From: Camelus ferus
Taxonomy: Eukaryota
Direction: 5' to 3'
Assembly: GCF_009834535.1 (NCBI RefSeq)
Contig: NC_045696.1
Location: 60,638,001 to 60,702,000 of the forward strand
Length of the DNA stretch: 64,000 nucleotides
A model generated the notes under the pieces. It saw nothing but the letters and a program-made list of their open reading frames with translations. It ran no database searches and was not told where the DNA came from. Shown here one piece after another: positions 40,716 through 54,407 of the stretch (the first letter of the stretch is position 1; every line of letters starts with the position of its first letter). A program made the translations under genes and the position numbers.

Positions 40716-41317
40716 GAACGTTCAAGGATGTGCTGACTTTACAAACAGAAGTAACAGAGTGGAGGAAGTATGGCCTTTAGGGCTTGTCTAATAATCAGCA
40801 GTAAGTACACTGAGGCAGGGTTGTTAACGACTGACTTGAGCTGGTTAGGCTCTGTGTTACGTTCTAAGAGCTTCAATCTAGAGCCAAACAGAGTTTGTTC
40901 TTCACTTTCTTTCTTGAACTTGGAGAGTACAACTTCTAATTCTCATCATAAGAAAAAACAGTTGAAAAATTGAACTTTTAAATTAAAAACACTTGCTCAC
41001 TAGACTACACTATTCAGAGAGCACAGAAGGGGAAAAAAGATGTACACCTATGATATGTATACTTTTTAATATTATGTTATAAAGCAATAAAAGTTTAATA
41101 AAGGAAAAAATCATAAATAGGACACTGACAACATAATCAGCTATCACAATATAATACTTAAGAGGAAAAAAAAAGTGTTTCTTTGTGTAAATGGCCCCAA
41201 AAAACCACCTGCTAATGCTGATGTTAGAAGTGAAGAGGCCTAAGAAAGTGATATTCTTGGTTAGAACAAAAAGCTTTTTAATTATAGCACAATGTTAAAA
41301 TTTGGTTATGGTTCTTT

Positions 41318-41683
41318 TTTTTTCAGTTTTGTTTTATTAGGTAATTGACACAATTTGACTGCATATATATAATATATTGCATGTAAATACATATATACAA
41401 TATTCCGCACATATTTTTTAATTTACATGTATGTACTGTTCATTGTTTCTAAGAACAGTTTAGAGCTTTAGCTTTTTAAACTTACATAGTTATCAAAGGA
41501 ATAAAGCCAACTACAAAGTAAGAATCAAGAGAATGCAGTAATCCAATCATAAACGTCAGTCAAATGTGCTTACACATATTCAAGAAATCAATCTTCTAAG
41601 TTATCAGTAGTTCATTTGTGTCCTTTTTTTTTTGATTTCACAGATGAGTGATATCATATGGCATTTTTCTTTCTCTTTCTGGC
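41318..41683 (-). mobile_element. TSD-flanked retrotransposed insert: ~75 nt of L1 followed by ~290 nt of different polyadenylated sequence
   Basis: Perfect 15-bp TSD tggttatggttcttt at 41303-41317 and 41684-41698; AATAAA (41333-41338) and poly(A) on minus; 41609-41683 resembles the L1 at 54628-54680. Confidence 0.85.
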
Positions 41684-42777
41684 TGGTTATGGTTCTTTGC
41701 AAAGCAAACAAAAGAGTTGTTCATATATTGACAACGAAATAGAACTGATTTGTGAAGCTGTTTTAGTGATTATTCCTAACATTATAAAAATCAGTTCCTC
41801 AAAAAAAAAAAAAAAATGCCAGGAAAGCTGAAAACTTGCTTAATCTGTGTTTTGGAGCTAAACATGGTAAATATGGTGAGAGCGTGCATTGCTTAAGTGG
41901 CATCTAGGCTGTATGAAAACCAGATTGGAAACATGATTTTATCACCTGTATTTTAACTGTCTGTCTCCCTTTACTAGACTGGTCATGTTAGCTCCTCCCA
42001 GGGCAAGCAAAGTACCAGCATGAAGTGATTAACAGAGTAATTTGATAAACTGTACTAATTATAAACAGTAAATACTAAAGCAGATCACTTTAACACTTTA
42101 GTAATAAATCCACATTCAAGTACAGTATGACTCTATTCTCAACAGTCAGGTGCTTTTGCCAACTGTTATTTCTTCTACTACTGGACTTATTTATAGACTT
42201 TGATTAAAATATTTCTTTCAAACTCACTTTGAATTATATCGTTACATTACAGCTTCCTAGAACTGGATCACTCTAGAACCTAGAGCTGAATCACTCTAGA
42301 AGAGCAATTCTCAAACAGTGCTCTGCAGATCCTTGTGGGAACCTATGGAGTCAAAACTATTCTTACAATAATTCTAGGAAATTATTTGCCTATGAATAAA
42401 AAATTATTTCACTGTGGTGGCATTTGCCTTGATGGTTCAAAAGCAATGGTGGGTAAAGCCGCTGGCATCTTAGAATCAAGGCAGTGTCATCATTGCCATG
42501 CATGGATAGATCTGGGGTGGTGGGGGCAGGGGGTGGAGCCAGTTCTACTTAAAAATGTCCTTGAAAAATCAGTAAAAATCATTCATTTTACTATATCTTT
42601 ACTTCTGAGTATATGTTTTTTAAATAGCCTATGTGAAAAATGAGAAGTACACTTCTGCTGCACACCAGAAAAAATGTACTTCTGTTGCATACCAAAGTAC
42701 AGTGGTTGCCCAAGGAAAAGCACTTGTATCACTGAGCTGCAAGTTGAACTAGCTGTGTTTTTCACAGATCACCATTC

Positions 42778-42825
42778 TGACAGGAAAGGATATATATATA
42801 TATGTATATGAATATATATGTGCAC

Positions 42826-42867
<42 letters not shown>

Positions 42868-43697
42868 ACGTATTTTGTCTCTGCCTCCCACCTCTTCCTG
42901 GCACACAGCTCTTAAAACCTTTGTAATTTCCTAAGTGATCAGAGCTAGGGGGGTCTTTTGTTATGACATTTGGTTTCTTGTAATAGCTTCAGGGCATAAA
43001 GTTGAAATATGTTCTTTGTTATTCTTAACAAACCCCTTTCAACCACAGTACAGTTTATGTGAAAGAAGTGATTTTTGCAGAGTCCCTAGATAAGGGCTTA
43101 CTGCCAAGGGTACCGACCCTGTAGATTAAAGGATTAGAACTTTCAGCCCCACCCACCAACCTCTAGGAAGGAGAGAGGAACTGGAGGTTAAATTAATCAC
43201 CAATAGCCAATGATTTAGTCAGCCACGCCTAAGTAATGAAGCCTCCACAAAAAACCATAGGAAAAGTTCAGAGAGCTTCTGATTGGCGAACACGTGGAGG
43301 TGCTGGGAGGGTGTGCAAACAAAAACGACATGGAAGCTCTGCATTCTTTCCCCCAAATCTTGTCCTGTGCATCTTCTCCTCTAGCTGTTCCTGAATTATA
43401 GTCCTTTACAACACACAGGTATTGCAGTAAATACTGTTTTCCCAAGTTCTGTGAGTTGTCCTAGCAAATGTCTCAACCTGAAGAAGGGGTAATGGAAACC
43501 TCCCATTTATAGCTGGTTGGTCAGAAGCACAGATGACAACCTGGACTTGCAAATAGCATATGAAGTGTGGGCAGCTTTGTGGAATCTGACACTACCTCAG
43601 ATAAACAGAAACCCCCACACATTTGGTGACCAGAGTACAGAAGCATAGGATGTTGTAGTAGAATAGAGGAGAAGCACAGGAGGGTTTCCCCTTGACA
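42778..43697. mobile_element. MER21-like LTR containing a (TA)/(TG)n expansion
   Basis: ttcctggcacacagctcttaaaacc; gaactttcagccccaccc; aatcaccaatagccaatgatttagtca...taatgaagcctcca. Confidence 0.75.
42827..42863. repeat. (TG)n microsatellite
   Basis: Seen directly. Confidence 0.95.
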
Positions 43698-43940
43698 GAA
43701 TTACCGTTAGAAACTATGGCTCTTCAGGAATGGGGTAGTTCGTACACATTTTCTCAAAATTAAACAAAATGGCCTGTCACTTCAAGAAAACAACCGATAG
43801 TATTTGTTGCCAGTTATAAAATCTGAGCTTTAAAATGAAATTAGAATGTTGGAAAACCTCTATCTCTCACTATAAACTTGTCAGTTTCCCAATACTGAAA
43901 GCCTTTTCTGATGGGTTGGTGGGGATGTTAATGAATGTGC

Positions 43941-44070
43941 CTTTTTTTTTTTATTGAAGTGTAGTTAGTTTACAGTGTTGTGTCAATTTCTGGTGTACAG
44001 CATAATGTTTCATTCATACATACATATATTCCTTTTCATACTCTTTTCATTATCAGTTACTACAAGATAT
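43941..44070 (-). mobile_element. Short L1 3' end nested in Charlie1
   Basis: poly-T then attgaagtgtagttagtttacagtgttgtgtcaatttctggtgtacagc. Confidence 0.75.
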
Positions 44071-44353
44071 GGATGAATATGAATTTTTGATATTGCATAT
44101 CAACATCTACAAGCCCTCACAACTCTGAACTAATTATTTTCGAAATGACTAACGCATAGTGTTAGAAAATCATGCATACGTTAAAGATCCATTCAAAGTA
44201 TAAGATGAACCAATGGATTTTTATGTAACAGAATATGAAAGTTTATTGGTATATATTAGATTCCACACTGTGTCTAACACTTAAGAAGCTGCCACTGTCA
44301 AGTTTTAGTGACGTATCGAAGAACAGTCACAATTATCTTAAAAGGCTATTAAA

Positions 44354-45721
44354 CTGGGAAAATTGAGCAGCTACATGTAAAAGAATGAAATTAGAATATT
44401 CTCTAACATCATGTACAAAAATAAGCTCAAAATAGATTGAAGACCTAAATGTAAGACCAGATACTATAAAATTCCTAGAGGAAAACATAAGCAGGACACT
44501 CTTTGACATAAACCGCAGCAATATTTTTTTTGCATCCATCTCCTAGAGTTAAATAAAAACAAAAATAAATATATGGAACCCAATTAAACTTAAAAGCTTT
44601 TGCACAGTAGAGGAAACCATAAACAAAACGAAAAGACAACCTACAGAAGGCAAGAAAATATTTGCAAACTATGCAACTGACAAGGGATTAATTTCCAAAA
44701 TATGCAAACAGCTTATACAGCTCAATATCAAAAGAACAAACAACCCAATCAAAAAATGGGCAAAGACCTAATTAGACATTTCTCCCATGAAGACATAAAG
44801 ATGGCCAACAGGCACATGGAAAGAAGCTCAATATCGCTACTTATTAGAGAAATGCAAATCAAAACTACAATGAGGTATCACCCTACACCAGTCAGAATGG
44901 CCATCATCAAAAAATCTACAAATAATAAATGCTGGAGAGAGTGTGGAGAAAAAGAAACCCCCCTACACTGTCGATAGAAATGGAAATTTGTTCAGCCACT
45001 ATGGAGAACAATATGGAGGTTCCTTAAAATACTAAAAATAGAGTCACTATATGATCCTGCAATCCCACTCCTGAGAAAACTCTAATTCAAAAAGATACGT
45101 GCACCTCAATGTTCACAGCAGCACTATTTACAACAGCCAAGACATGGAAGCAACCTAAATGTCTACTGACAGATGAGTAAATAAAGATGTGGCAGATATA
45201 TATATATACACACACCACATATATATAAAATACACAAATATATAATACGAACACATATATATATACACAATGGATTATTACTTAGCCATAAAAAAGAACA
45301 GGATAATGCCATTTTCAGCAACATGGATGGACCTCGAGATTATCACACTAAGTAAGTCAGACAGAGAAAGACAGACAAATATCATATGATATCACTTATA
45401 TGTGGAAACTAAAAAACTGATACAAATGAACTTATTTACAAAACAGAAATAGACTCATAGAAAACAAACTTACGATTACTGAAGAGGAAAGGAGAGGGAT
45501 AAATTAGGAGTCTGGGGTTAACATATATACACTACTATATATAAAACAGACAAACAATAAGGACCTACTGTATAGCACAAGGAACTATATTCAATATCTT
45601 GTAATAACCTATAATGGAAAAGAATCTCAAAAAGATTATATATATATATATATGACTGCATCACTTTGCTGTACACCTGAAACATAACACTGTAAATTAA
45701 CTATGCCTCGATTTTAAAAAC
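44354..45721 (+). mobile_element. 5'-truncated L1 (ORF2 3' end + 3' UTR) nested in Charlie1
   Basis: ORF 44702-44977 has ORF2 text [26 protein letters not shown] core ggctattaaa at 44344-44353 and 45722-45731. Confidence 0.93.
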
Positions 45722-46179
45722 GGCTATTAAAATAGTCCTCTTTCTTCTAACCACATTATCTGTGTGAGGTCAAATCTTTTTTCATGTATTTCAACCAAAA
45801 CTACATATTGCAATAAATTGAGTGCAATTATTTTGTTTATTTTGGCAAAAAAATAGTTGCTTGATATAAAATATGTCATTTATGTTAACATGTATGGATT
45901 TATTCATTTTTATTTTAATAAAATAACTTTAAAATAAAACTTTCAAAACAAATATTTTTAGAATAACTGCTTTAATTTCTAATAAGGTAAATATTGATAA
46001 ATATAACTCACGTAAAACAAAAGCTCTCTGAGGTCCTCAATAATTTTTAAGAATGAATGGGATCCCAAGACCAAAAAGCTTGAGAACTCCTCCCTGGAAA
46101 CACAGGTCAGCTTGGTATCAAAAGTTCTCTGAATTTCTTTGTAGAGAAAAAGGATCTCCATAATCTCAAAGTACCTCCT

Positions 46180-46760
46180 TAAGCCATTTATTAACTACAG
46201 AAAGACAGCAACTTTACAGTGGAGAAATCCAGTAGAAGCTACCTTAACCAAGTGATCAAGGCCAATATCACTGGTAGTAAGACATCATGAACTCCTTGAC
46301 ATGAGGTACTAAGGATAATATTTTCTGGAGTTTTTTTTTTCCCCAAAAAATGTATAGTCTCAATCAAATAATAAGAAAATATCACACAAATGAAAATTTC
46401 GGAACATTAAACAAAAATAATTGGACATTCATAGGTATCAAGATCATAAAAAATTAGACTGGAGAACAATTACAGATGGGAGGAGACTAAGTAGTAATAA
46501 CAACTAAATGCAATGTGGGATCCTGGATAGGATCTTAAAACAGAAAAAGAATGTTCATGGAAAAACTACAACAAGTTGAATAAGGACTAGAGTTACAAGT
46601 ATTGTACTTATAAAATTTCCTGGTTTTGGTAATCATACTATATTATGAAAGATGGTAACATTATTCAATGTTGGGTGAGGGATATATGGAAACTCTGTAC
46701 TACTTTGGCAACTTTTCTGTAAATTTAAAATTAGTTCAGAATAAGAAGGTTTTAAAAAGT
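46180..46760 (+). mobile_element. Old L1MC-type 3' end
   Basis: aactttacagtggagaaa...ccttaaccaagtgatcaagg...caactaaatgcaatgtgggatcctggat. Confidence 0.7.
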
Positions 46761-48932
46761 TTTCTCAACTTGTGAAAATCATTAGCTTTGGTTTTACCTT
46801 AACACAAATCTTTTCAGTCACTGCCTTGGATAAAAACTACTTAGAAAAGGCTCAGAAACTTTTCTAGGGCCCCTGCTTTCATAAAGCATTTAAAGCTTCC
46901 ACAATGAAATACATCTAAGCCACAAAGCTGAAACAAGATTCTTAAATGCATGGCTTCAAAAGCAAGGCTAGGAAACAACATGCCTCTAGAGACCAGATTA
47001 TGATGATTTTAAATAATTGGCAATAAACTAACTTTTAAATGAAAAAGTAGTTCCAGAGGTATTTAATATCTGTCTAGAGGACAAAAAATGGTATGACTCC
47101 AAATGGTATAAATTCTCAGAAACAGAATTTATTCCATTGGTATACAGAAATGTTCCTAATAGAGTCATTAATTTTAAAGTTTGAACTGCTGAATTCTTGA
47201 AAGCAAAAACATCAACCTACTAAAGACACACTCAACTGAAACTTTTTTTTGCATGTGGTATTAGCAAAAAAAATTGTCAAACGATGGTCACCACACAAAT
47301 CCTAGGATAACTGCTGGTGCCATAATTCAAGAAGGTCATTAAATTAGTTCTGTAAGCAAATACCTGTCCTTCCGAAAAAGGTACTTGTTAAAACTTTGGG
47401 GACACACACTCTCTACATACAAGTGTCAGAGTTACATGCTAAATATTAACATGCTATCACAGTGTTATAAAAGGTATATTTAAAGTCACAGAATACTTTT
47501 TTTACAGTGCAGGTATTGTAAGAAATTACCCCTGGGTATAAGAATACAAAACAACCATTAGAGCAGGATAGAGAAGAGAAGGTGATTAAAGTCATCACAG
47601 CAGAAGAAAAGCTAAGAGAGATATGACAATGGTCTCAGTATATCAGGCATAAAGATCCAAACCCAGCCAAGAAGAGGCCTCCACAGATGGCTAAAATTTT
47701 AAATACAAAAAGGTTCCTTTTCCTTGAAAATGTGCACCATAATTCATGACAATTTCACCTATATACTTTTTGCTTCTTTTTAAATTTTCACTAAACTATA
47801 CTGACATATAGTATTACAGATAGAAAAGTACAGGTATCACAAGTATGTAGGCTTGATGGATTTTCATAAACCAAACGCACCCATGTGACCAACACCCAGA
47901 TCAATAAATAGAACACAATCAGCATCTCTGAAGGATCTTCAAACTCCCATTACTAGCCATGATGAAAGAGTTCCAAAAATTTCATGGTGGCCTAATTTTT
48001 AAGGGTTAAGGAATACACTATGACACAAGTCTGCCCCTAGATGCTTTTTCTTTATTCTATCCCTTGTTACTTTAACCACTTTTAATGTTTCCTTTTCCTT
48101 CACTCTAGATTAATATAGAAGCACTCTGATTCCCTTAAGACACAAACACAGATGTTTATCTACAGATTGAATACCATCAACATAAACACTAAAAATGTAT
48201 CATTTTATGAAGAAGGTGTTTATAATTATCACTTATTTATAACAGGACTAAAAAGTGAGTCAAAAGCTATTGTTTGTTTATCTCAAGCATGTTAATTCAT
48301 TTCTTTAAATCTTGACTTCTTCATCTAGAAATACAACCTAAAATAACTTGATAGAACATTCTCACTAGCCTCCTCCTTTAAATCATTTGGGTGTGATTTA
48401 TGATATTATTTTCACAACCCAGTACATAAATAGCTATGAACTCTACCAAATTTATCTCAGTAAACAACATCTGGATTATTCAGAACCTAACAACCACAAC
48501 CTTTATTAACTAGAATAATTTGGTACTCAGTTTGAAAGAGAAGAAGAAAATGGTGAGAGGAGGCAACATCAAGGATTTAAGTATTCTGTTTTTTTGTATG
48601 CTTAAAATTCTCTATTTACATGTATCAGTTTTTTAAAAAGTCACTTATTTGGCTATACAGTCTTCCCAATAGGCTTAACAATAACCTTTTTGATCATAAA
48701 TTTTACATTAAAGGAGTCTGTGCTCATACTTAAGAAATGAAAGATACAGACTTTTAAAAAATAACAGTGTACAAAGAACCTGGTTGACAAAATTTAGGGA
48801 TCAGGGAATCTTTATGACTTAAACATTGAGGGCCCCAGAAGACACAAATAAAATTTTAAAAAACTTCTGTGAGAAAACCAAGCAGGTTAAGATTATTTTA
48901 TGCATTTTAACTTGATTTCAATTCATACTTAC

Positions 48933-49109
48933 TTCTCTGACTTCCACAAGATGGTCTGGAGGTAAGTTAGCTCTTTTGCTCACTGATTGTAGTTTGGAAT
49001 GTCCAACATTAAAAAAGGAAATGGCATTTTGGCTTGGTCTCCTCTGGGACATAGGAGAATTACCACTAGACGCAAGTGAGAAGCTCCGTGATTTCAGAGG
49101 AGGATTATT
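48933..49109 (-). CDS. OSBPL11: OSBPL11 exon 5 (NNPPLKSRSFSLASS...PPDHLVEVRE)
   Basis: aatAG|AATAATCC...AGAGAA|GTAAGT; 177 nt. Confidence 0.95.
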
Positions 49110-49739
49110 CTATTAGACAAACAAAAAAATTCATTCCTTTTTTAAAATTTAGGTTAACTCACAACCTACCATACACTGGAGGCTTACACATGAACAGTTT
49201 TAAAAAATAAAATTAACTACAGAATTGACTACAAGAACATTTCTGAAGATGATAAAATTTTAGACATTTAAAGTTGAAGTATTTCATACATCCAGCTGGT
49301 AATTTATTTAGAAAATTAATCCCAGGTTTGTGCTGTCAAGCACTTTTTTTTCACATTAGACATATATTAGAAAAACAAGAAATTTCTAATTTCAGATCTT
49401 TAAACACCATGATTGAAGCAAAAAATATACTGAGCAATACTCAACATAAACTTTTTAATGTAACATTCAATTATCTTTGGAACAAACTAGCACTTTCTGG
49501 TCACTACCAGTGATCAGAATCATGCAGCATGAATAAAGCTTTTATGTTGGATTTCCTGGAGACTAAGCCATAGGCCTAAACAACAATTTTTAAAAATTTA
49601 GTTATGGGGAAAAAACACTAGGAAGAAAAAAAAGTAAGTATGGAATCCTGTAACTACACTGCCAATATATTAGTTTTTAGACATTTCTAACCTCAGATTT
49701 CAAGTTCTGAGACCTTCCTTTTTATCTTAAAAAATAAAA

Positions 49740-50555
49740 CACTCCAAAGGAGATGTACAAATGATCCACAAGCACATGAAAAGATGCTGAACATTATTAG
49801 TCATTAGAGAAACAAAATCAAAACCACAATAAAACTCTACTTAACACTCATTAGGGGTGGTCACAATAATTGTAAAAAAGGACAGTAACAAGTATTGGCA
49901 AGAATATGGAGAAACTGCAACCCTCATGTATTGCTGGTGAGAACGTGAAAGTTTGACCACTTTGGAAAACAGTTTAGCAGTTCCTCAAATAGTTAAACAG
50001 AGGACTACCTTATAACCCAGTAATTCCACTCCTAGAAACATAACCCAGAGAACTGAAATCCTGTGTTCACACAAAAACTTGAACACAAATGCTCATAGCA
50101 GTATTATTCATAATAGCCACAAATGTAAACAATCTGTATGTCCATCAACTGATGAATGGGTAAACAAAATGTGGTATATCCATACAATAAAGTATTATTT
50201 GGCCTTAAGAAGGAAAAAGTATAATACATGTAATGACGGGGTGAAACTTGGAAACAGTATGCTTATTCTAAGAAGCCAGACAAAACAACCACATGTTGTA
50301 TGATTCCATTTATATGAAATGCCCAGGACAGACAAATCCACTGAAAAAGAAAATAGGCTAGTGTTTGCCAGGGGATTGGGAAGAGGGGAATAGAGTGACT
50401 GCTAATGGATACGGGTTTTTTGGGAGGTGATGAAAATATTTGGGAATTAGATACTTAAAACAGTTGTACAATCCTGTGAATATACCACAGACCATGAAAT
50501 TGTATACTTTAAAAGGTCAAATTTTATGGTATATGATTAGTATCTCAATTTAAAA
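49740..50555 (+). mobile_element. L1MB-type ORF2 end and 3' UTR
   Basis: aagcacatgaaaagatgct; tgtccatcaactgatgaatggg; ORF 50079-50303 CPSTDEWVNKMWYIHT. Confidence 0.85.
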
Positions 50556-50625
50556 GTACAAAAAAATAAAGTTAAAAAATCTTTCCCCATTTTTGTGCAT
50601 TAATATCATATATGAATCTACATAC

Positions 50626-50705
50626 CTTGCCAATAGCTTCAGTGTGGTGTTGTGTACATATCTGAAGTCTGCTAACCCAATGTTGTCGCTCTTTAGCATC
50701 TGTGG
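50626..50705 (-). CDS. OSBPL11: OSBPL11 exon 4 (ATDAKERQHWVSRLQICTQHHTEAIGK)
   Basis: atcAG|CCACAG...GGCAAG|GTATG; 80 nt; C-terminal PH helix with the conserved Trp. Confidence 0.96.
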
Positions 50706-51577
50706 CTGATAAAAATTATTTACAAGTTATTCACCTTTTGTTTACTTTTTAAATACAATTAATTGTCTATAGTATAAACAATAGATAATTGAAAATCAGG
50801 GAATGGTCCTACTGTCCCTAGAGTAAATGTCCCTGACCAGAGGGAGGTAGGAAAGAGGCTCTGGCAACAAAGCATCAACCTTGTTAGGTAACACCGTAGC
50901 TGGATGTGGGTATTTCATAAGAACGATAAATTACAACCAGCTAGGTGGGTATATGAGACTTGACATGTCAACTTTCTCATAAAAATATGCTCTTCTTTAA
51001 AGAACTAACCTCTATTAAGCACTGGATGTGCACTCAATATATTCTTTCAGATCTCTAGCAGCATGCTTAGTTAGGATTATCGTTATCCCTTATGTATATT
51101 AATTGAATAAAAAACACATACTTTTGTACAAATTAAATTTATCTAAACAAGTTATACTTTATTTTAATGAATATGAACATTTTAATAAATCCCACTTACA
51201 TACGTTAAGTCACTAAAAACCACAAAGAGAGCATATGAACCAAATCAGGAAAGGAGGTAAAATACAAAGCCACGGAAGACATAAAAAAAAACTTAAAGAA
51301 GTCCATGTTTTAGATTTCTCAGTAATCAGGGTTTCATCTACAAATTTCTTAGAGAAACGAATTTTAAATAGACTTGTTCATTGTGTCACTTTAAAAAAGT
51401 TATTAATTAAAACACATTTCATAAATCCTTAAAGCAATTCCAAGGTTTAGAATATTATGTCTGTATCATCAGTGACAGCAGTTTTTACTTCCAAAACCCA
51501 CATGACAGCAGGGAAGTACACCAACTTCTCAAGGGAGGAAGAAAATCACACTATTAATTCTCATATCTCAGTCATAC

Positions 51578-51753
51578 CTCTGAGTTTATACTGTTCCCCA
51601 CTGGCAGCATTTACAGTGAAGGTGTGAGAGTCCTCATCACTGGGTGATATTACAGCTCCTGCAAGCTGCAAAGTACCTCTGGGTTTTTGATTTCTAGACT
51701 GTTCATTCACAAAGTATTCCAATAGCCCAGCTTCATTGTTTAAAACAAAAAAC
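51578..51753 (-). CDS. OSBPL11: OSBPL11 exon 3 ([18 protein letters not shown]...SGEQYKLR)
   Basis: ttatAG|GTTTTTTG...CAGAG|GTATGA; 176 nt; PH domain core. Confidence 0.96.
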
Positions 51754-53122
51754 CTATAATGATTAAAAGAAAAGTCATAATTTAAAAATAATTCTCCTAG
51801 TCAAACTAAAGCAAACCAAATTTTAATCCCATACTTTGGAGTTTTTGCTATTAAAAACAAAATTCAAAAGCATTTCAAGAAGTACTTGAAATACTAGATT
51901 GAATTCCCTAGCAGTAAATATTATTGAAAAATTGGACGAGTTTAATAAAAAAGATATAAAACCTTCAGCTGAGAAAGAGGTATTTAATGGGCAAGAGGCA
52001 TACCAGATAATGCAAAAGCGAAACAAAGATACAGACAGTATCTTTTCAGAGGAAGATTTATCTCTAGAATTCATTAACAGGGAGGGTAAGTTGCCCAAAG
52101 ACAAAAGGCAGGGGATATTTTTATTTAAAATTCCCTGGAGATAAATCAAAACATAAGCTCTGAGGTTAACAAACGCTAGGTAAGAAATGAATCTGACTTA
52201 AGATTTAACCAGTGAAATAAACAATGAGAATAATGCTAAGGTAGAAAGATTTTGTATCATTAAATAGGTCACAACTAAAGATTACTGATCCTGTTTAAAA
52301 ATGAAAAAGCTGCAACTGGAGATGCAGAAACGTAAAGAACTTGAAACCAAATGATGAAATACTGATACACTTTGGAAAAGAATTTGACGATATGATTTGG
52401 TTCCAGACTGGGAAACATATTAATTCAGATTCCAATTTAAATAGTACAACAGCTTTGTCTTTAGAGAAAAAAAATTTTTTAGCTTCTATTTCAAAACACT
52501 GATGTTTGTGTTTAGAGCAATTTTGCATTCTATATGTTAGTGTGTTCTGTAAAGGAACCAGGTAGACAATTTGATCCAGTTCAAGTTCCTAGAAGATGCT
52601 GTCTTAAGCAACGTGGCAATCATATCAACCATACCTAACTGGGAGAGAGCAGAATCAGCAGGGTTTGTTTGTTTGTTTGTTTTTTGAATCAGCTTTTTAT
52701 TCAGGGAAAAAAAAAAACAACAACAAGATGAGAAGCAAGTAAAAGAAATTGAAAGCACCTGCCTGAAATGGGAGATTGAAAAGCAAAAAAAACTATTGTT
52801 TTTATTATTTATCTTTTAGCATGCTTGTGATTTTTTAAATTATGTTCACATATTTTGATTACATTTGATGAAAATAATTTTAATACTTTTGAGCGTTTTA
52901 AACTTTCATTCCTTTAATTACTAGAGGAGTCAAACATTTTTTCATGTGTTTATTGGCCATCCGTAGTTGTACTTAGTGACCTGCTCCTCATATTTTGCCC
53001 ATTTTCAAAAGGGCTGTTTATCATTATTTTCCCTAAGATTTGAAGGGATTATTTTAATTAACACAAAACAGCCACTGAAATTATCTTGTATTTTTAAAAC
53101 ATATGACCCATCCTTAGTAATC

Positions 53123-53467
53123 TGCTATGGGTGGTCTGAATGTATACCCCTAAAAGTCATATGTGGAAATCCTAATCTCTAAGATAATGATAATAAGAGA
53201 TGGGGCCTTTGGGAAGTGGTAAGGTCATAAGGGTGGAAAACCCTCATGAATGGGATTAGTGCTCTTATAAAAGAGACCCAAGCAAGCTCCCTGGCCCCTT
53301 TTTGGCCATGAGACTACAATGCAAAGTCTGTGAGGGCCCTTACCCAACCATGCGGGCACCATGATCATGGACTTCCAACCTCCAGAACTGTGAGAAATAA
53401 ATTTCTATTGTTTATAAGCTACCCAGTTCTTGGCATTTTGTTACAGCAATTTGAACAGACTAAGACA
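53123..53467 (+). mobile_element. MLT1A-type MaLR solo LTR
   Basis: TGCTATGG...ccctcatgaatgggattagtg...cctccagaactgtgagaaataaatttct...gactaagaCA. Confidence 0.88.
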
Positions 53468-54407
53468 TGAAATCTACCACAAAAAAAACCCTCATAAATA
53501 AATGGAATGGGTCCGTTAGCAAGAAAGCTGTCTCTTGAATATACCAAAAACCATTGAGTTGTACACTTCAAATGGGCACTATATCTCAATAAAGCTGTGA
53601 ACTAAAGGAACAAATGAACAAACAAGAAATAAAGAAAGGAACAAACGAAGGAAATGAGGAAGGAAAGAAATCTCTTCCTATGTTTGAAGCAGTAAGTACA
53701 ATTCATTTCAAACAGTCAAGGGAAAAAGACTGGTCTCATCTCTTAAAAATAGTAAATTCAAAGACAATTTAAAGAACAGTATGTTTGGAAATCTCAAGTT
53801 TGCTGTGAGCATGTACTTCTTATCCCAAAAACATTACCACAAATTTACAACATGGGATATACCTAGATACACAAAAAGTAATACGGAAGAACGACTGAGA
53901 ATGGAATGAGCCAGTAACTGATTGTCTTTCTTACACTAAGATGATGCTATGGACCCACTGGTAATAATAGGCATTTTGGGCTGTCTTTTATCATACATAG
54001 CTTAATTCAAATGTTCTTCCTTCATCCCATCTCTAGAGATACTTTACAAGATGTATAAATTGCGGATAGATAGACAATCCACATAGAAGGAAACTTACTA
54101 AAGCTATTTTGCCCAGAAGGGTACTAGACTCTTGTTTATGGTATTTTTTAGCAAGTTGGCCTAACCAAGAAGCTAAAGAAATGTAGAAACAAAGGCTTAA
54201 GATTCAGCATCTATCTTTACATGCAGAAAAGTCACCTAAGTTGTTAAAAAAAATTTTAAATAATCGGGTTTTGGGTTTTTTTTTTTTTTTTTTGCAATTT
54301 CAAAATAACAAAGACTGCCAATTTGAGAAAATGACTAATCTTCAGAACAGGCTACAACTTAAGGTGAAGTATCACCAAATGGAACTTTAATCTAAAAAAC
54401 ATTCTGA

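Larger units (their letters stand above)
42302..46091. mobile_element. Charlie1-family hAT DNA transposon hosting nested insertions
   Basis: TIRs gagcaattctcaaa / cttgagaactcct; diagnostic gtcaaaactatt and ggtcctcaataatttttaag; degenerate 8-bp TSD ctctagaa / ccctggaa. Confidence 0.8.

Noticed and set aside
44702..44977. L1 ORF2-like ORFs (also 54438, 57245, 57342, 50079, 7614) as genes
   Set aside because: Fragments of 5'-truncated L1 elements; no full-length ORF2 in the window.
51823..52149. Overlapping 108-aa and 81-aa ORFs next to exon 3
   Set aside because: No recognisable domain, non-ATG starts, AT-rich intron; chance ORFs.
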